Source of the DNA: Euglena gracilis
Lineage: Eukaryota
NCBI GenBank assembly: GCA_039621445.1
Contig: CP154954.1
Span: 24,440,954 to 24,504,953 of the forward strand
Direction of reading: 5' to 3'
Length of the DNA: 64,000 nt
Position numbers and translations under genes: made by a program. This document shows, in pieces, positions 1 through 13,625 of this stretch. Numbering within the stretch: position 1 is the first letter of the stretch; every line of letters begins with the position of its first letter. The notes under the pieces were generated by a model. It saw only the letters and a program-made list of their open reading frames with translations, had not been told where the DNA came from and searched no databases.

Positions 1-2169
1 CATGCTGTGGGGCATAAAGCTGTCACTCCTCCCGGACCAATCCAACCAGACTTTGCCGCCATATACCTTTGAAGACCCCCAACCCCCTCTGCCCGTACGA
101 GTCTCCCCAGATTGGACTTATCTCGTTGCACTCATCACCTTCCTTGCGCCCCCGCCCTCCCAAGCGTCTCGCAGCAACGGTTCCTGCTCCTTGCTGCCCA
201 TGGAAAAGTACCCCCTGAAAAGAACACCCTTGCCCAATGAACAGGGGGTGTTCGGACCGTCTAGATTGCTACCATATGCTTTTTTTTGCTCGGCAAGGAA
301 GTATTCCTTTGTTGCTTGTCCTCTCCTTACAGATGAGTTCCTCTCAGTTTTCTTTTGGTGGTAATGTTTCCGTTTGACCATCTGAAAACAAACGGATATG
401 CATTTGCCGTTTCATTGTTGAACCTGAAGAAACTGATTAACAAGCACTCATCACTTGTTTTCTGACCAAGAGCAAGGTTATATTGTGAACCTTTAACCAT
501 TCTCAAAGAATCTCAAACTTCTCGAAAATCTTGAAGCCTCGAAAAATCCGGAGGGCGGTACAAAGTGGGTTTAAAATGCAATCAAACCTTAAAAGGTTTG
601 GAAAGGGGTTGAGTTGGCCGTTTTTTTGCTATTCCTGGTCACCTTTTGGCCACTCTGGTAATTGTTGACCAGTTTTTCGGCAATTTGCGTTCATTTTTGG
701 TATTTTTGCAACAACAACCAGTGGCCATTTTTGCAACTTATGGCTTTCTTGGGCGTGTTTGCTCACTTGGAGCTTTTTTGGGGGCATTTTTGACCGCCTT
801 TGGCTACTGCTTGCTGCCTCTGGCTCCTGTTGCTTGCTTTTGGCTGTCTTCGGAAGCTCTTGACTGTTTTCCACTGCTTTTTGGTCAGCTTTGGGCACCT
901 TTTCCGCCGCCTTTGGTCGCTTCGGCCATTTTTCTTTTGGACAAAACCTTGACAAATCTCGAGGAGGGGGGGTCAAGCATCTCGACCACCTTGGACCCCC
1001 TCCCCCAAAGTCAAGATCAAGATCCAACCGAACCAAGCGAAATGCCATTCTGAAGGAAAAAAAAACTTTTCAATAACCTTGCCTGGGGGTTGTTTTGCAA
1101 TTAGCCAAACAATTCTTTCATTTAAATCCCCCTATTTACAAACCTTGCCTTCGGCCGGCCAAACAAATCAGGTTGTACGAACGCCGGGGGGACTTATAAG
1201 TGGTTTGGAGGTTTAGCTCCAACAATCGATCACTCACTTCAAGACGAAGGGCAACCTTATTGAAACCTGGTTGGCTGACGAGGGTGCTTGGTCACTAAAT
1301 TCAGATCCCTTCGGTGAGTGCCTCGCTGCACCTCCACTATTCACGCCGTGCAGAAGGCTTGCTTCCTGGCCTCAAACCGCATTCTTTGCTCCCCCTCACC
1401 TGCACTGTTTGTGTGAGGAGAGACCTGTGGCCGGTCTCTCCCCACCCCAGGGCTGTCCGCGAGGTCGACCACCCCCCACCCATCATGACTGGGGGTTCAT
1501 CCCCCTCCACCGGACCTTCCCATATTTCGGGGGCGATTTTTTGGTCAAACGTTTCTTGTTGTGGCTGGGGGTGGGTCGACGTCCCAAGACCTTCCTGTAC
1601 AGCCCTGCTCCACCCTACAACCGACATCTTTCTTTCCTTCCCCCCTCTATCGGCCATCCTATGTATTATGGTGTGCAGCGTTTGGACGGAATGGGAAGCG
1701 TTCTGTATCGTTTTTCTCGTCATTCTATTTTGGATTGCAGTATGAATCATCTTGCTCATTTTCTTGGGCACGAAAGGGAGAGTCCCCAAATAAACAAAAG
1801 AAACCCACTTTTCACACATTCCCATCCCTGCAAAGGGGGTGGGGGGGTAGTGGTTAAATTAGTGCATGTAAACTGACACAAACGAGAACGTAATGCAAAA
1901 GGAATCAGCATTTTGCGAGTCCTTATTTTTTTGCAGAGCAAGATATATTGTGCTTCTGGAGAATTGGGGTTGAACCTAAAACTTTGCTCCTATTTCTTCA
2001 TTTTAAGTTTCGAACCTTTTCAGTAATTTCATAAACACTCCATGTTTTATGGACACAGGTTTTTTAACGTGGGTTTATATTTGAATTCATCCCACCGACA
2101 ACCTTGTGTGGTATACAGATACAGGCTAAAAATGATTCTCAAAGAGATTGCGTCTTTTGGGGAAGAGTC

Positions 2170-2524
2170 ATGGCACAAAGTGGGGCCCCCATACCACCCC
2201 CATACCCCGTACCCCATACCCCATACCCCATACCCCATACCCCATACCCCATACCCCATACCCCATACCCCATACCCCAATAACCCCCAAAATAAACCTC
2301 ATCTTAATCACGGACCTCTTTTGCAAGCTAATCGCGCAACGTATGAAACTGTTCGAGTGCCCGGGGGGGGGCTCCCGCCCCCCCCCCCCGGACCCCCCCC
2401 GGCAAAAAAATAAACCTCACCTTTTTCCCCATACCCCATACCCCATACCCCATTCCCCATACCCCATACCCCATACCCCATACCACCCCCATACCCCAGG
2501 TATGGGGGCCCCACTTTGTGCCAT
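2170..2524. mobile_element. MITE with 26-bp perfect TIR and (CCCATAC)n arrays at both ends
   Basis: ATGGCACAAAGTGGGGCCCCCATACC at 2170 and its exact reverse complement at 2499-2524. Heptamer arrays at ~2190-2278 and ~2427-2497. Absent from duplication copy 2. Confidence 0.85.
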
Positions 2525-3469
2525 ATGTGTTGGGGAATGATAACATGTACAACGACAAATTGTTTTATTTGTTTGCCCTGTATTCCTTTTCATTGGTCCA
2601 CGCCCAAGGAGGGCTTTCCAATGGCCGTTCAGCTGTCGGTAAAATAGGGACATTTGAAAAAAAAATCACAACAAAGCCTGAGAAGTCATGCTGGCCACAT
2701 TGCAACCAGAACCCCTCTGTCCTTGTGAGTGTGGCAAGCAACCACTTGATTATTTCTGATCTGCAACTGCCATGTGTGTGTGATGGCTGTTTCCCTGGCC
2801 ATTCATCTGTAGGTTACCCTTCGTAGACTGTGGACGTTCAATTTTGGATTTGTCTTGTTTTGAAAAAAAAATCACAATAAGACACCCAGAAGGAGACCAA
2901 TTTTGAAAAGTTGTTGCAATTTTTTTAGGTGCCATTTTTGCAAAAATTTACATCACAAGTGGGAAAAATCATTACCATTTTCAATCAAAGCTGAATTTCC
3001 CAATCATCAATTTTCCAAAATGAATAGTTTCCCATCATTTTTTTCCCCGTCATTTTTCCTGTCATTTTGTTTTTCCGTCATTTTTGTCCAGATTGGAAAA
3101 CTTTTGCCCTTTTTTGCGCTATTGTGCAAACGGAGTGACACATTTTGTGTTTCAATCGTTGAGGAGAAAGAGTGAGATTTGCCCATCTTGTTCAAAGGTT
3201 TGGCTGGGGTGGTTCCAGCTGAATTTTCAGTGACCTCAGGGACATGCCCAAACCTCTTTTGTCCCCCTAATGGCCAGGTTTTGTCGATGCCAGAAATCAT
3301 GTTTTGTAGCCCGAGCATCACTGAAAACACACGAAAGACCCGAAAAGGGGTTTATTGACAAGTGTCCAGATGACTGTTTCTGCGGCAGTCGACCCCTCGT
3401 AGTGTTCCCCAGCACTTGTGAAAAAAACAGGCTCTCCATTGCTGTTTTCCAAAATGACAAAAATGCAAA

Positions 3470-3943
3470 GGAGAGTTTCTGGGAAAGCCTTTTTTTGCCC
3501 TCCACACGCACGGCCATTCAGAACCGGAGATGGGGACCTGGGAAGAATATACACGGTGCACACGTTTGGAAGGTGAGAGATCTGGCAGGTGGGGAGATAA
3601 TTACAGTGTTGTCGGCTGACAGATCGGCCGAGAGCTGAGGGCTCCAGTTTCAGCGCTCACGACCGGACAGCGGGGAAGGGCATTAAGAGCCGGGGCTGGA
3701 AAACGCGCAGAAGGACCTTTTTCAGCAGGCATCAGGAGGAAAGTTCGTGATCCATCTTCGTCGTGAAAAACAAAGGTGCATTTGCCATTTAATGGGATGT
3801 TGAAACGGTGTAAGTGCTTGCACAATTGCTCTAAAAAGTAATGTACACCCTCATTTTCACAGGAAATGAAGTGAAGAAATTCTGTCTGCCGGCTGGCAGG
3901 ATCCACTGCAGGAGACTGGATACACGCATTGACACAAAGCACA
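3470..3943 (-). pseudogene. Degenerate coding remnant, possibly a MULE-type DDE transposase fragment (second copy ~6640-7110)
   Basis: Frame ...AVDPASRQTEFLHFISCENEGVHYFLEQLCKHL...CTFVFHDEDG resembles the MULE core, with CVW downstream. Differences between the copies are largely at third codon positions. Preceded by a TTTTCTAG acceptor-like site. Confidence 0.35.
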
Positions 3944-4048
3944 CTAGAAAATAATTAAAACAGATACAAGAGCCCTTGTTTTCACCGAGGTGTGGAGAAC
4001 ACCAAGTGACTGCCTAGTACCTACTTCCCCCCCCCCCAGATATATTAG

Positions 4049-4245
4049 ACAATTGGGCCGGCGGACAGCATTTCCCAAAATCGTCCAGTGCTTCGTGCTG
4101 AAACCCATACCCGGGCCTGGGGGCCAGCTCCGGCCGGCTGGCTGGACAAAGGTGTTGGCTGGACTCCGGGGGTTGGGGGCAGGCTTTGGTATAAGGGCAG
4201 GTTGGGGGGTGGGGGGTGGGGGGATTGGACCCCCCGGTCCAGCTG
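4049..4245 (+). repeat. Dispersed repeat (second copy 14152-14325)
   Basis: Shared ACAATTGGGCCG...GTCCAGTGCTTCGTGCTGAAACCCATACCCGGGCCTGGGGGCCA. Confidence 0.8.
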
Positions 4246-4289
4246 GGAAGGATTACTTTGGGACCGCACCACGCTCTCCAGTGCTCCCC

Positions 4290-7204
4290 TCCTCCCGGAC
4301 CAATCCAACCACAGACATTACCGCCATATACCTTTGAAGACCCCCAACCCCCTCTGCCGATACGAGTCTCCCCAGATTGTACTTATCTCGCTGCACTCAT
4401 CACCTTCCTTGCGCCCCCGCCCTCCCAAGCGTCTCGCAGCAACGGTTCCTGCTTACATGACTGCCGTTGCTGCCCATGGAAAAGTAACAACCTGAAGAAG
4501 CTGATTAACAAGCTCTCATCACTGTTTTCTGACCAAGAGCAAGTTATATTGTGAACCTTGAACCATCTCGAATTCTCGAAGAATCTCAAACTTCTCGAAA
4601 ATATTGAAACCTCGAAAAATCTGGAGGGGGTACAAAGTGGGTTTAAAATGCAATCAAACTTTAAAAGGTGTGGAAAGGGGTTGAGTTAGCCTTTTTTTTT
4701 TGCCATTCCTGGTCATCTTTTGGCCACTCTGGTAATTGTTGACCAGTTTTTCGGCAATATGTGGTCATTTTTTGGTATTTTTGCAACAACAACAACCAGT
4801 GGCCATTTTTGCAACTTATGGCTTTCTTGGGCGTGTTTGCTCACTTGGAGCTTTTTTGGGGGCATTTTTGACCGCCTTTGGCTACTGGTTGCTGCCTCTG
4901 GCTCCTGTTGCCTGCTTTTGGCTGTCTTCGGAAGCTCTTGACTGTTTTCCACTGCTTTTTGGTCAGTTTTGGGCACCTTTTCCGCCGTATTGGGTCGCTT
5001 TGGCCATTATTTCTTTTGGACAAAACCTTGACAAATCTCGAGGAGGGGGGGTCAAGCATCTCGACCACCTTGGACCCCCTCCCCCAAAGTCAAGATCAAG
5101 ATCCAACCGAACCAAGCGTAAATGCCATTCTGAAATAAAAACAAACTTTTCAATTACCTTACCTGGGGGTTGTTTTGCAATTAGCCAAACAATTCTTTCA
5201 TTTAAATCCCCCTATTTACAAACCTTGCCTTCGGCCGGCCAAACAAATCAGGTTGTACGAACGCCGGGGGGACTTATAAGTGGTTTGGAGGTTTAGCTCC
5301 AACAATCGATCACTCACTTCAAGACGAAGGGCAACCTTATTGAAACCTGGTTGGCTGACGAGGGTGCTTGGTCACTAAATTCAGATCCCTTCGGTGAGTG
5401 CCTCGCCGCACCTCCACTATTCACGTCGTGCAGAAGGCTTGCTTCCTGGCCTCAAACCGCATTATTTGCTCCCCCTCACCTGCACTGTTTGTGTGAGGAG
5501 AGACCTGTGGCCGGTCTCTCCCCACCCCAGGGCTGTCCGCAAGGTCGACCACCCCCCACCCCATCATGACTGGGGGTTCATCCCCCTCCACCGGACCTTC
5601 CCATATTTCGGGGGCGATTTTTTGGTCAAACGTTTCTTGTTGTGGCTGGGGGTGGGTCGACGCTCCCAGACCTTCCCGTACAGCCCTGCTCCACCCTACA
5701 ACCGACATCTTTCTTTCCTCCCCCCTCTATCGACCATCCCATCCATTATGGTGTGCAGCGTTTGGACGGAATGGGAAGCGTTCTGTACCGTTTTTCTTGT
5801 CATTTTATTTTGGATTGCTGTATGAATCATCTTGCTAATTTTCTAGGGCATAAAAGGGAGAGTCCCCAAATAAAGAAAAGAAACCCACTTTTCACACATT
5901 CCCATCCCTGCAAAGGGGGGGGGGTAGTGGTTAAATTAGTGCATGTAAACTGACACAAACGAGAACGTAATGCAAAAGGAATCAGCATTTTGCGAGTCCT
6001 TATTTTTTTGCAGAGCAAGATAAACCCCCCCCGAAATACAAACCCCCCCCAAATATAAAACCCCCCCTGAGGACCTTGAAATCCCGCCCGAATATAACCC
6101 CCCGACAAAATTTTCGACAAAATCTCCCCCGAAATTGTGATTTTTGGCGGATTTGGGAGCAATTTTTACCAAAAAACGTGCCAAAATGAAAATTTTCCCA
6201 TCGTTTTTCCCCGTCATTTTTTTCCTGTCATTTTGTTTTCCGTCATTTTTGTCCAGATTGGAAAACTTTTGCCATTTTTTTGCGCTATTGTGCAAACGGA
6301 GTTACACATTTTGTATTTCAATCGTTGAGGAGAAAGAGTGAGATTTGCCCATCTTGTTCAGGGGTTTTGGCTGGGGTGGTCCCAGCTGAATTTTTAGTGA
6401 CCTCAGGGACATGCCCAAACCTCCTTTTCCCCCTAATGGCCAGGTTTTGTCGATGCCAGAAATCATGTTTTGTAGCCCGAGCATCACTGAAAACACGTGG
6501 AAGACCCGAAAAGGGGGTTTATTGACAAGTGTCCAGACGACTGTTTCTGCGGCAGTCGACCCCTCGTAGTGTTCCCCAGAACTTGTGAAAAAAACAGGCT
6601 CCCCATTCCTGTTTTCCAAAATAACAAAAATGCAAAGGAGAGTTTCTGGGAAAGCCTTTTTTTGCCCTCCACACGCACGGCCATTCAGAACTGGAGATGG
6701 GGACCTGGGAAGAATATACACGGTGCACACGTTTGAAAGGTGAGAGATCTGGCAGGTGGGGAGAGAATTACAGTGTTGTCGGCTGACAGATCGGCCGAGA
6801 GCTGAGGGCTCCAGTTTCAGCGCTCACCACCGGACAACGGGGAAGGCATTAAGAGCCGGGGGGTGGAAGACATGCAGAAGGACCTTTTTCAGCAGGCATC
6901 AGGAGAAAAGTTCATGATCCATCTTCGTCGTGAAAAACGAAAGTGCATTTGCCATTTAATGGGATGTTGAAACGGTGTAATCGCTTGCACAATTGCTCTA
7001 AGAAGTAATGTACCCCCTCATTTTCACAGGAAATGAGGTTCAGAAAATCTGTCTGCCGGCTGGCAGGATCCACTGCAGGAGACTGGATACACGCATTGAC
7101 ACAAAGCACACTAGGAAATAATTAAAACAGATACAAGAGCCCTTGTTTTCACCGAGGTGTGGAGAACACCAAGTGACTGCCTAGTACCTACTCCACCCCC
7201 CCAG
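4290..7204. repeat. Copy 2 of the tandem segmental duplication
   Basis: Long near-identical stretches with copy 1, e.g. 1081-1460 vs 5161-5540. Confidence 0.9.
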
Positions 7205-7431
7205 AAATTTTCGTCCACCCTTTTTTGCCTCTGTCCTGGTAGGAAACAGTCACAGACCCTTGTTCCTGCTGACCTGTCAGCTGTTCTTATATTTATTTTT
7301 CCCCTACTTCTTATTTTTTTTTGAGAATTTTAAATTATTCGGTTAAAAATGCACATTTCCTGAGTTGAGAAAATATTTTTTTTATCTATTTTCATTTTCA
7401 TCCGGCTTCTGAAAGTAAATATGGGAGAAAA

Positions 7432-8231
7432 CAGGGTTTTTCACCGGTTCGTGCCACGAACAATCACGAACAATCACGAACCAGCACGAATTTGGGACTT
7501 TGGCAAAATCACGGACAATCACGGACAATCACGAACAATCACGAACCGGATTTTTTTGTCACCCTTGCAGAAATGACTGCTTCTGAGAATGACGGTGTTG
7601 TTCAATCAACCAAGGAAAAAAGATCATGGAAGAGGAGTGGCAAATTGACTCTGGTCATACCTATTTTGTTTTGATTTCCCCCCTTTTGTCACCTTTTTCA
7701 GTTTGGTGGAGTCATGGAAGTGAAATCATCATAGAGATTTGTCCTCCATTTTTGTACTTGTCATATTGTCAACAAACATGTTCATTGGTGTAGATGAACA
7801 ATTGCATGGCATTGTCACTTTCACCATTGTGGAACGGTCGTTCAGCCTCGCTAGTCTTGTTGATTCCCAGAGCCGTCAAAAGATGGGGAGAACCAAATTT
7901 TAGCTCATGGTAGAGAATCAAGCTACAACATATGTCTTGTCTGTCGATTTTGTGAGAACTGAAATGAGCTGAACTGTGGGGAAGAATTTGCGCCAAGCCG
8001 CAGTGACCTCGTTGACCATTTGCTTTCCCCATTGACCTGAATATTTAGATTAAAAGAGGCACAAGAAGCCAAAGTACAAGAGGAATCACCTATTTCGCCA
8101 AGGAAAACAGAAAACCGGGCGGTTTTTTGGAAGCACGAACAATCACGAACAATCACGAACAATCACGAACAATCACGAACAATCACGAACCGGATTTCAG
8201 GCTTCCTAGCACGAACCGGTGGTAAACCCTG
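7432..8231. mobile_element. Non-autonomous TIR element with (CACGAACAAT)n subterminal arrays
   Basis: TIR CAGGGTTTTTCACCGGTTCGTGC / GCACGAACCGGTGGTAAACCCTG. Flanking direct repeat GAGAAAA. Decamer arrays near both ends. Confidence 0.85.
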
Positions 8232-8989
8232 GAGAAAACCGAATTTTCGGATTTTTGTGTGGGCTGGGTATTAAAAAAACGTAGCAGACTGTGATTACTT
8301 TTGAAACATATTTGCACAATAGCACGAGTGATTGAAGTTTACACTTGCTTGCGCAATTGCACAAATAATTTTTTTACTCTTTTTTTTGGCGATTGCTTAA
8401 GTCACCCGGTTGATTTATCTCCACTGGGACGTTTCTCTGACGTGATGTTTCGTTTTTTTTTTCTTCAGAAAAAGATGCACAATTGGGTGGCATCTCCCAG
8501 GTTCCCCTGACAAACATTTGAAACCATGTCATACACCTTTCCCCCCAACATTGGACGTTGGACAGGAATGAGAATCTGGCGGTTTTACAACCTGGAAAGA
8601 AAAAGAACCTTCGCAATCCCTTCGAATGACAACTCATTCACATGTGTTGAGATGCTGGACAAAAGAGCGTTTATTCCAGTGGGAGAAATGAGACCCCAGA
8701 TGCAACGCACCAAGGGCCGAGGATTTAAACCATTTTCAGTTGTTTAAAAATGCCTCCACTGAGCCCCCTTTTCCAGAGTGAGTTTCGGGTGTTCACGGCG
8801 CGCTTCATTCATTCAAATGCTGTTGGGAGGGGGGACTGAAAAATGGCGTCCACCCCCCCCCCCCGGCTCACTTCTCATGAAAGGGAGGAGGACCTCGGTC
8901 ACCCGCTCCTACCAGGTGAACTGAGCTGGGGGGGGAAGGCTGTGGCATTGAGGAGGAGTGGGAGGTTGGGATTAAGTGCCGGCTGGGGG

Positions 8990-10551
8990 CAAGCACCTAT
9001 AGCTAAAATGGCCTAAAATGGGCCTCATAGGCATTTTTTATGTATGCATGTGTGCATGTATGCATGCCTGTCTGTCTGTCTGACTGGCTGGTTGGCTGGC
9101 TGGCTAGCAAGCACCTATAGCTAAAATGCCTAAAATGGCCTAAAATGGCCTAAAATGGCCTAAAATGACTTTTTGACCCCCTATAGGTGGGGGTCCCTAA
9201 AATGGCCTAAAATGGCCTAAAATGGCCTAAAATGGCCTAAAATGGGAAATTTTTTGTTGCACAACAATTTTTTTTGTGAACAACTGGGGCCATTCAGGTG
9301 CTGAATTTTGGTGTCTTTTGTCAATGTGGACGGCGAACAGTGGATTTGGTGGAGGAGCACAGCCCCGCAAGACCCTTTTTTTATCCCAGCTAATGATAGT
9401 ATCAGTCCCCAAATCCACGGTCCAGATTCTCTCTTATTTATGAACGTGTTCAGAGGGTTTTCTTTTTAGTATTAATTTTCTCCAAGGGGGAAACCAAATA
9501 CGGAGAAGAGGAATTGTTTTCAGCTTTGCCCTTTGATCTCTGCAATCGCCAAAAAAGGCCCAAATGGCTAAAACAATGCCAAAATTAAATTGAATCTCAC
9601 CAGGCAACAGCATCAAATTTGACGTTGGACCGAAAATCCCCAAATGACGTCCAAGGTTGGGGGTGTCTTGTGGCGTGGGTGGGGTCTTAATTTGGGGGGA
9701 GGTTAAGGTTTGGGAGTCAATCTTCAGGTACCAACTTTGTATGCATAGACCCCCCCCCCAGAGTTTGGCTCCCCTACTCCTTCCATTCACACTTGGATCC
9801 TTAATCTTGGCCCAAAATTTTTTTCAAAAATTTTGGCTTTTTTTGTGCGGAAAGTTTGACACTCGTGCAAACTTGCTCTCCCATCATCACGTCATAGTGG
9901 CCTGTGAAATACCCGACAAAAAAAAGGTCTCCACTCATTACCCTCATTTCCCCCACCTTCTCGAGTTAAACCCCTCAAAATTGCTGCACACACAACACAC
10001 AACCTAAAACTTTGGGAAACATAGATTTTGGACCAGATGGGAAAAATATAAGCCACGTGCAGACAATGAAGATGAATTATTCCCCCAGAAAAGTCAGAAA
10101 CTTCTTTTTGCGAAACCCCGCAGAATGGTATAGATTTCACAAAATACAAAAAACTGGGCGCTTTTTTGGTCGCACGAATGAAAACTTTTAATATTTGTCC
10201 AACGTTTTTTTCCTGAAAGTTTTTCACTGCCACAAATTCTTACTGTTCAGAATTCCTCTATGGGGCATGAATTAAGATTTGTTGAGCTTCCCATTGTTTT
10301 GATCCAGTGTTCATGAATTTTGCATGCTTTTTTGGATGCATTTCTCATTACTGAATAAGAGAAGGTTCGCACACGTTATTATGCAGTTTTCGGGACAAAA
10401 ATGACCGCAAAATTATGATTTTCAGAACCCCCACCTATACCTTAAAATGGCCTAAAATGGCCCAAAATGGCCTTAAATGGCCTAAAATGGCCTAAAATGG
10501 CCTAAAATGGCCTAAAATGGGGAAATTTTTGGGCTTGACTATAGGTGCTTG
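8990..10551. mobile_element. hAT-like non-autonomous element with (AAAATGGCCT)n arrays
   Basis: TIR CAAGCACCTATAG / CTATAGGTGCTTG. Perfect 8-bp TSD GCTGGGGG. A second left end at 9107. Confidence 0.9.
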
Positions 10552-10959
10552 GCTGGGGGCTGGGCTGGTGGGGGTGCTGCTGTCCTCCACCGGTTTAGGG
10601 CCTCCCCTCCCCCCAACCGATGCACCCACCCAGCCGCTGACACACCGCCACTCCATATAGCTCTGAAGACACCCCACCCCCTCTGCCATCCAGAGTTTTT
10701 TCAAAAGTTTCGTGACCCTTGGGGGAGTGGGTGGGTCCCGGCCGAGCCCCCCCCCCCCCCAGGGTTGGGCCAGGTGGATACCTCGCATGGGTCATCACCA
10801 TTATTGCTTGAATGGAACATCCCGATAAGTTGGATCGAAATTGCCCCTCACCCTGAACTCCTCCCTTTTTGTGCTTCAACCGTCCTCCTGCCTGTGAACG
10901 TGTCCCCCAAACGTCGCCCCCGACGCTCCTGCTCAAACTCATCTCAGGCCGGATCCTTG

Positions 10960-11150
10960 GGAGGAGATAAAAATTCCTGGCAAGACATTCAAATCCTTGC
11001 ATCACTTATCTCAAGCACACCTTCATTTAACCTCGCCTTCCCTTCTGGGGTTGGTTGGGTGGGAGGGGTTGCAGCCAGGACCAGTCCACCTGGATTTTTT
11101 GGCTTTTAAAGTCGTTGGTGAATGGGCCGGCGGGGTGAGTGGGTCGACCG
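10960..11150 (+). repeat. Dispersed repeat (second copy ~26320-26530)
   Basis: Shared CCTTGCATCACTTATCTCAAGCAC and flanks. Confidence 0.6.
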
Positions 11151-11285
11151 CCCCCCCATTGGGTGGTTGGAGAACCCACCTGTAATAAGCGCCTCTGCAA
11201 TTTCGAGATAAAGTCTGATTTTCTGATGGAACAAAAGATCCTCGAGGAGAGGGAGCGAAGGCAACGATTTCAGGCACCCCATGGG

Positions 11286-11332
11286 CAGGGTTTGATATAA
11301 GGAGGGCGTACATGGTTTAGGTGGGGGGGTGT

Positions 11333-11363
<31 letters not shown>

Positions 11364-11713
11364 TGGCCCGCATGGGGGTGTCCGGACCCCCCCCCCCACC
11401 TGCCAGGGGGGGCCGGACCGACCCTCGGGGGGGTTCCCGGGACCCCCCCCCCCCCAAAGGGTCAATTTTTTCCTCTGGCGCTTTGCGCCGAAATTTTTTT
11501 TTGCATTTTTGGCACATTTTTGCCCAAAAAGTGCCCAAAATGGCAGTTTTGGTCGTTTTGGGGGGTCAAAAATTTTCGGCCCGGCGCTTCGCGCCGGGCC
11601 GAAATTCGACCGCGCAACTGTTTAGGTGGGGGTGTCCCCCCCCCCCCCCCCCTCCTGGCCCGCAGGGGGGGGGTCCGGACCACCCCCCCCACCTGTCCTT
11701 ATATCGAACCCTG
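11286..11713. mobile_element. hAT-like MITE
   Basis: TIR CAGGGTTTGATATAAGGA / TCCTTATATCGAACCCTG. 8-bp TSD CCCATGGG. Internal direct duplication. Confidence 0.9.
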
Positions 11714-11809
11714 CCCATGGGCCCCGTTTATGCCTGTGTAAACCTTTTGCCGCTTGCATCATAAACTGAGGTCTTATTTAGCCGCCTAAGTTAAATGCCC
11801 GAGAGGAAG

Positions 11810-13237
11810 CTCATTTGACCACAAACTCACAGAGACCACTTAAAAATGTGTTCCCAGGGTATTTCTTTAACATTATCAAACAATGATAAATTTTCTGAAT
11901 GGACATTTATTGTCTGAAACATGCATTTCATGCTGCATAATCTTTTCACCAGCAGGAGATGAAGAAGCAACAATTCTTTCAAAGTTCTTCGTCAGGTTAT
12001 TTTTAGATTGCTCATATTTATTTATGATTGACCGGGAGTGGTTTGGTGAGGTGTGGTTTGTGATTTTTTGTGCTGAAGCAGCACACGATTCCACCTTGCA
12101 CTGTCGTTGTTCAGTTGTCCCGTCGCTTGCATCCACCCTATACCCACCTCCTCGATACAACGACCAGGCCTTTTCCAAGGTTCCTGGTGATCAGATCCAC
12201 AAATGAATTATCCACCTCTTCTTTTGAACCAATAGATTCTTGTTTTAAAATGGACATGGCTTCGTTTGGCTTTAGCATTCAAAACACTCAGGAACTTTGA
12301 ACGTGGCCTGTAATAATTGTATCTTGCGAGAGAACAAGAGGCCAAGAGAGATGGGCCTTGCTTCCTCTTTGCAATTCTTTCCCTATCCCCCCCTAGGCCC
12401 TTGTTTTGCTGCTTTCTGACAGCACCCACACCTTGACAACGTAGCTTTGATGCCCATTTGACCCATAACCCCCGAAGACAGTAAAATGACGAAGAAGGAG
12501 GAACTGCCAATATAATCTCATTTGACCACAAACTCACAGAGACCACTTAAAAATGTGTTCCCAGGGTATTTCTTTAACATTATCAAACAATGATAAATTT
12601 TCTGAATGGACACATATTGTCTGAAACATGCATTTCATGCTGCATAATGCTTGTTGGATTTTTGAATCTTTTCACCAGCAGGAGATGAAGAAGCAACAAT
12701 TCTTTCAAAGTTCCTCGTCAGGTTATTTTAGATTGCTCATATTTATTTATGATTGACCGGGAGTGGTTTGGTGAGATGTGGTTTGTGAATTTTTTGTGCT
12801 GAAGCAGCACACGATTCCACATTGCATTGTCGTTGTTCAGTTGTCCAGTCGCTTGCATCCACCCTATACCCACCTCCTTGATACAACGACCAGACCTTTT
12901 CCAAGGTTCCTGGCGATCAGAGTGCACAAATGAATTATCCACCTCTTCTTTTGAACCAATAGATTCTTGTTTTAAAATGGACATGGCTTCGTTTGGCTTT
13001 AGCATTCAAAACACTCAGGAACTTTGAACGTGGCCTGTAATAATTGTATCTTGCGAGAGAACAAGACTGAAGAGGCCAAGAGGGATGGGCCTTGCTTCCT
13101 CTTTGCAATTCTTTCCCTATCCCCCCCCTAGGCCCTTGTTTTGCTGCTTTCTGACAGCACCCACACCTTGACAACGTAGCTTTGATGCCCATTTGACCCA
13201 TTACCCCCGAAGACAGTAAAATGACGAAGAAGGAGGA
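11810..13237. repeat. Tandem duplication of a ~710-bp unit (11810-12502, 12518-13237); diverged third copy at 28326-30111
   Basis: Both units start CTCATTTGACCACAAACTCACAGAGACC and end GACAGTAAAATGACGAAGAAGGAGGA. Confidence 0.9.
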
Positions 13238-13281
13238 CAACATGGGCCAGAATCAGGCTTTTTCTAAAGCCTTTCAATCCC

Positions 13282-13625
13282 AGGAGGGGGGGGGGGCTAG
13301 TCCAAATTTGGCGAGTGGGAATTCTAGTGGACCACTCTGGGGGGTTCTGCTAGCAGTGCAAGCTAATGGATTTTTCTCCAGTATTTTTTTCCATTGGCCG
13401 GCGCGAAGTGCCGAGTTTTTTGAGACCCCATAAAGCTGGTGAAAGATGTCCATTGTTTGCCATTTTCGTGTTTTTTTTGGAACAAAATCAGCCAAAAAAT
13501 GTATTGAAAACCCTTTTTTTTACCTCGGCGTGCAGCCGGAAGCAAGCAGCACCGGAAGAATTTTTTTTCTTGTTTGGGGGACCCCAGCCCCCCCTCCCCC
13601 TTGGGGGAGGAGGATCCAGCTAGTC
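13282..13625 (+). repeat. Dispersed MITE-like repeat (second copy ~17843-18128)
   Basis: Shared TAGTCCAAATTTG...AGTGGACC...CTGCTAGCAG...ACAAAATCAGCCAAA...ACCTCGGCG. Confidence 0.7.

Larger units (their letters stand above)
26..4038. repeat. Copy 1 of a ~4 kb tandem segmental duplication
   Basis: 26-1942 matches 4290-6021 and ~3015-4038 matches ~6180-7204. Copy 1 has extra sequence at ~210-420 and a different middle (1943-3010). Confidence 0.9.

Noticed and set aside
2042-2653. ORFs with PHTPYPI / GYGVWGM repeats
   Set aside because: Translations of the CCCATAC heptamer array.
11320-11460. Long C/G homopolymers as G-quadruplex regulatory sites
   Set aside because: Ubiquitous parts of MITEs here, run lengths may be sequencing-dependent, and there is no specific evidence of function.
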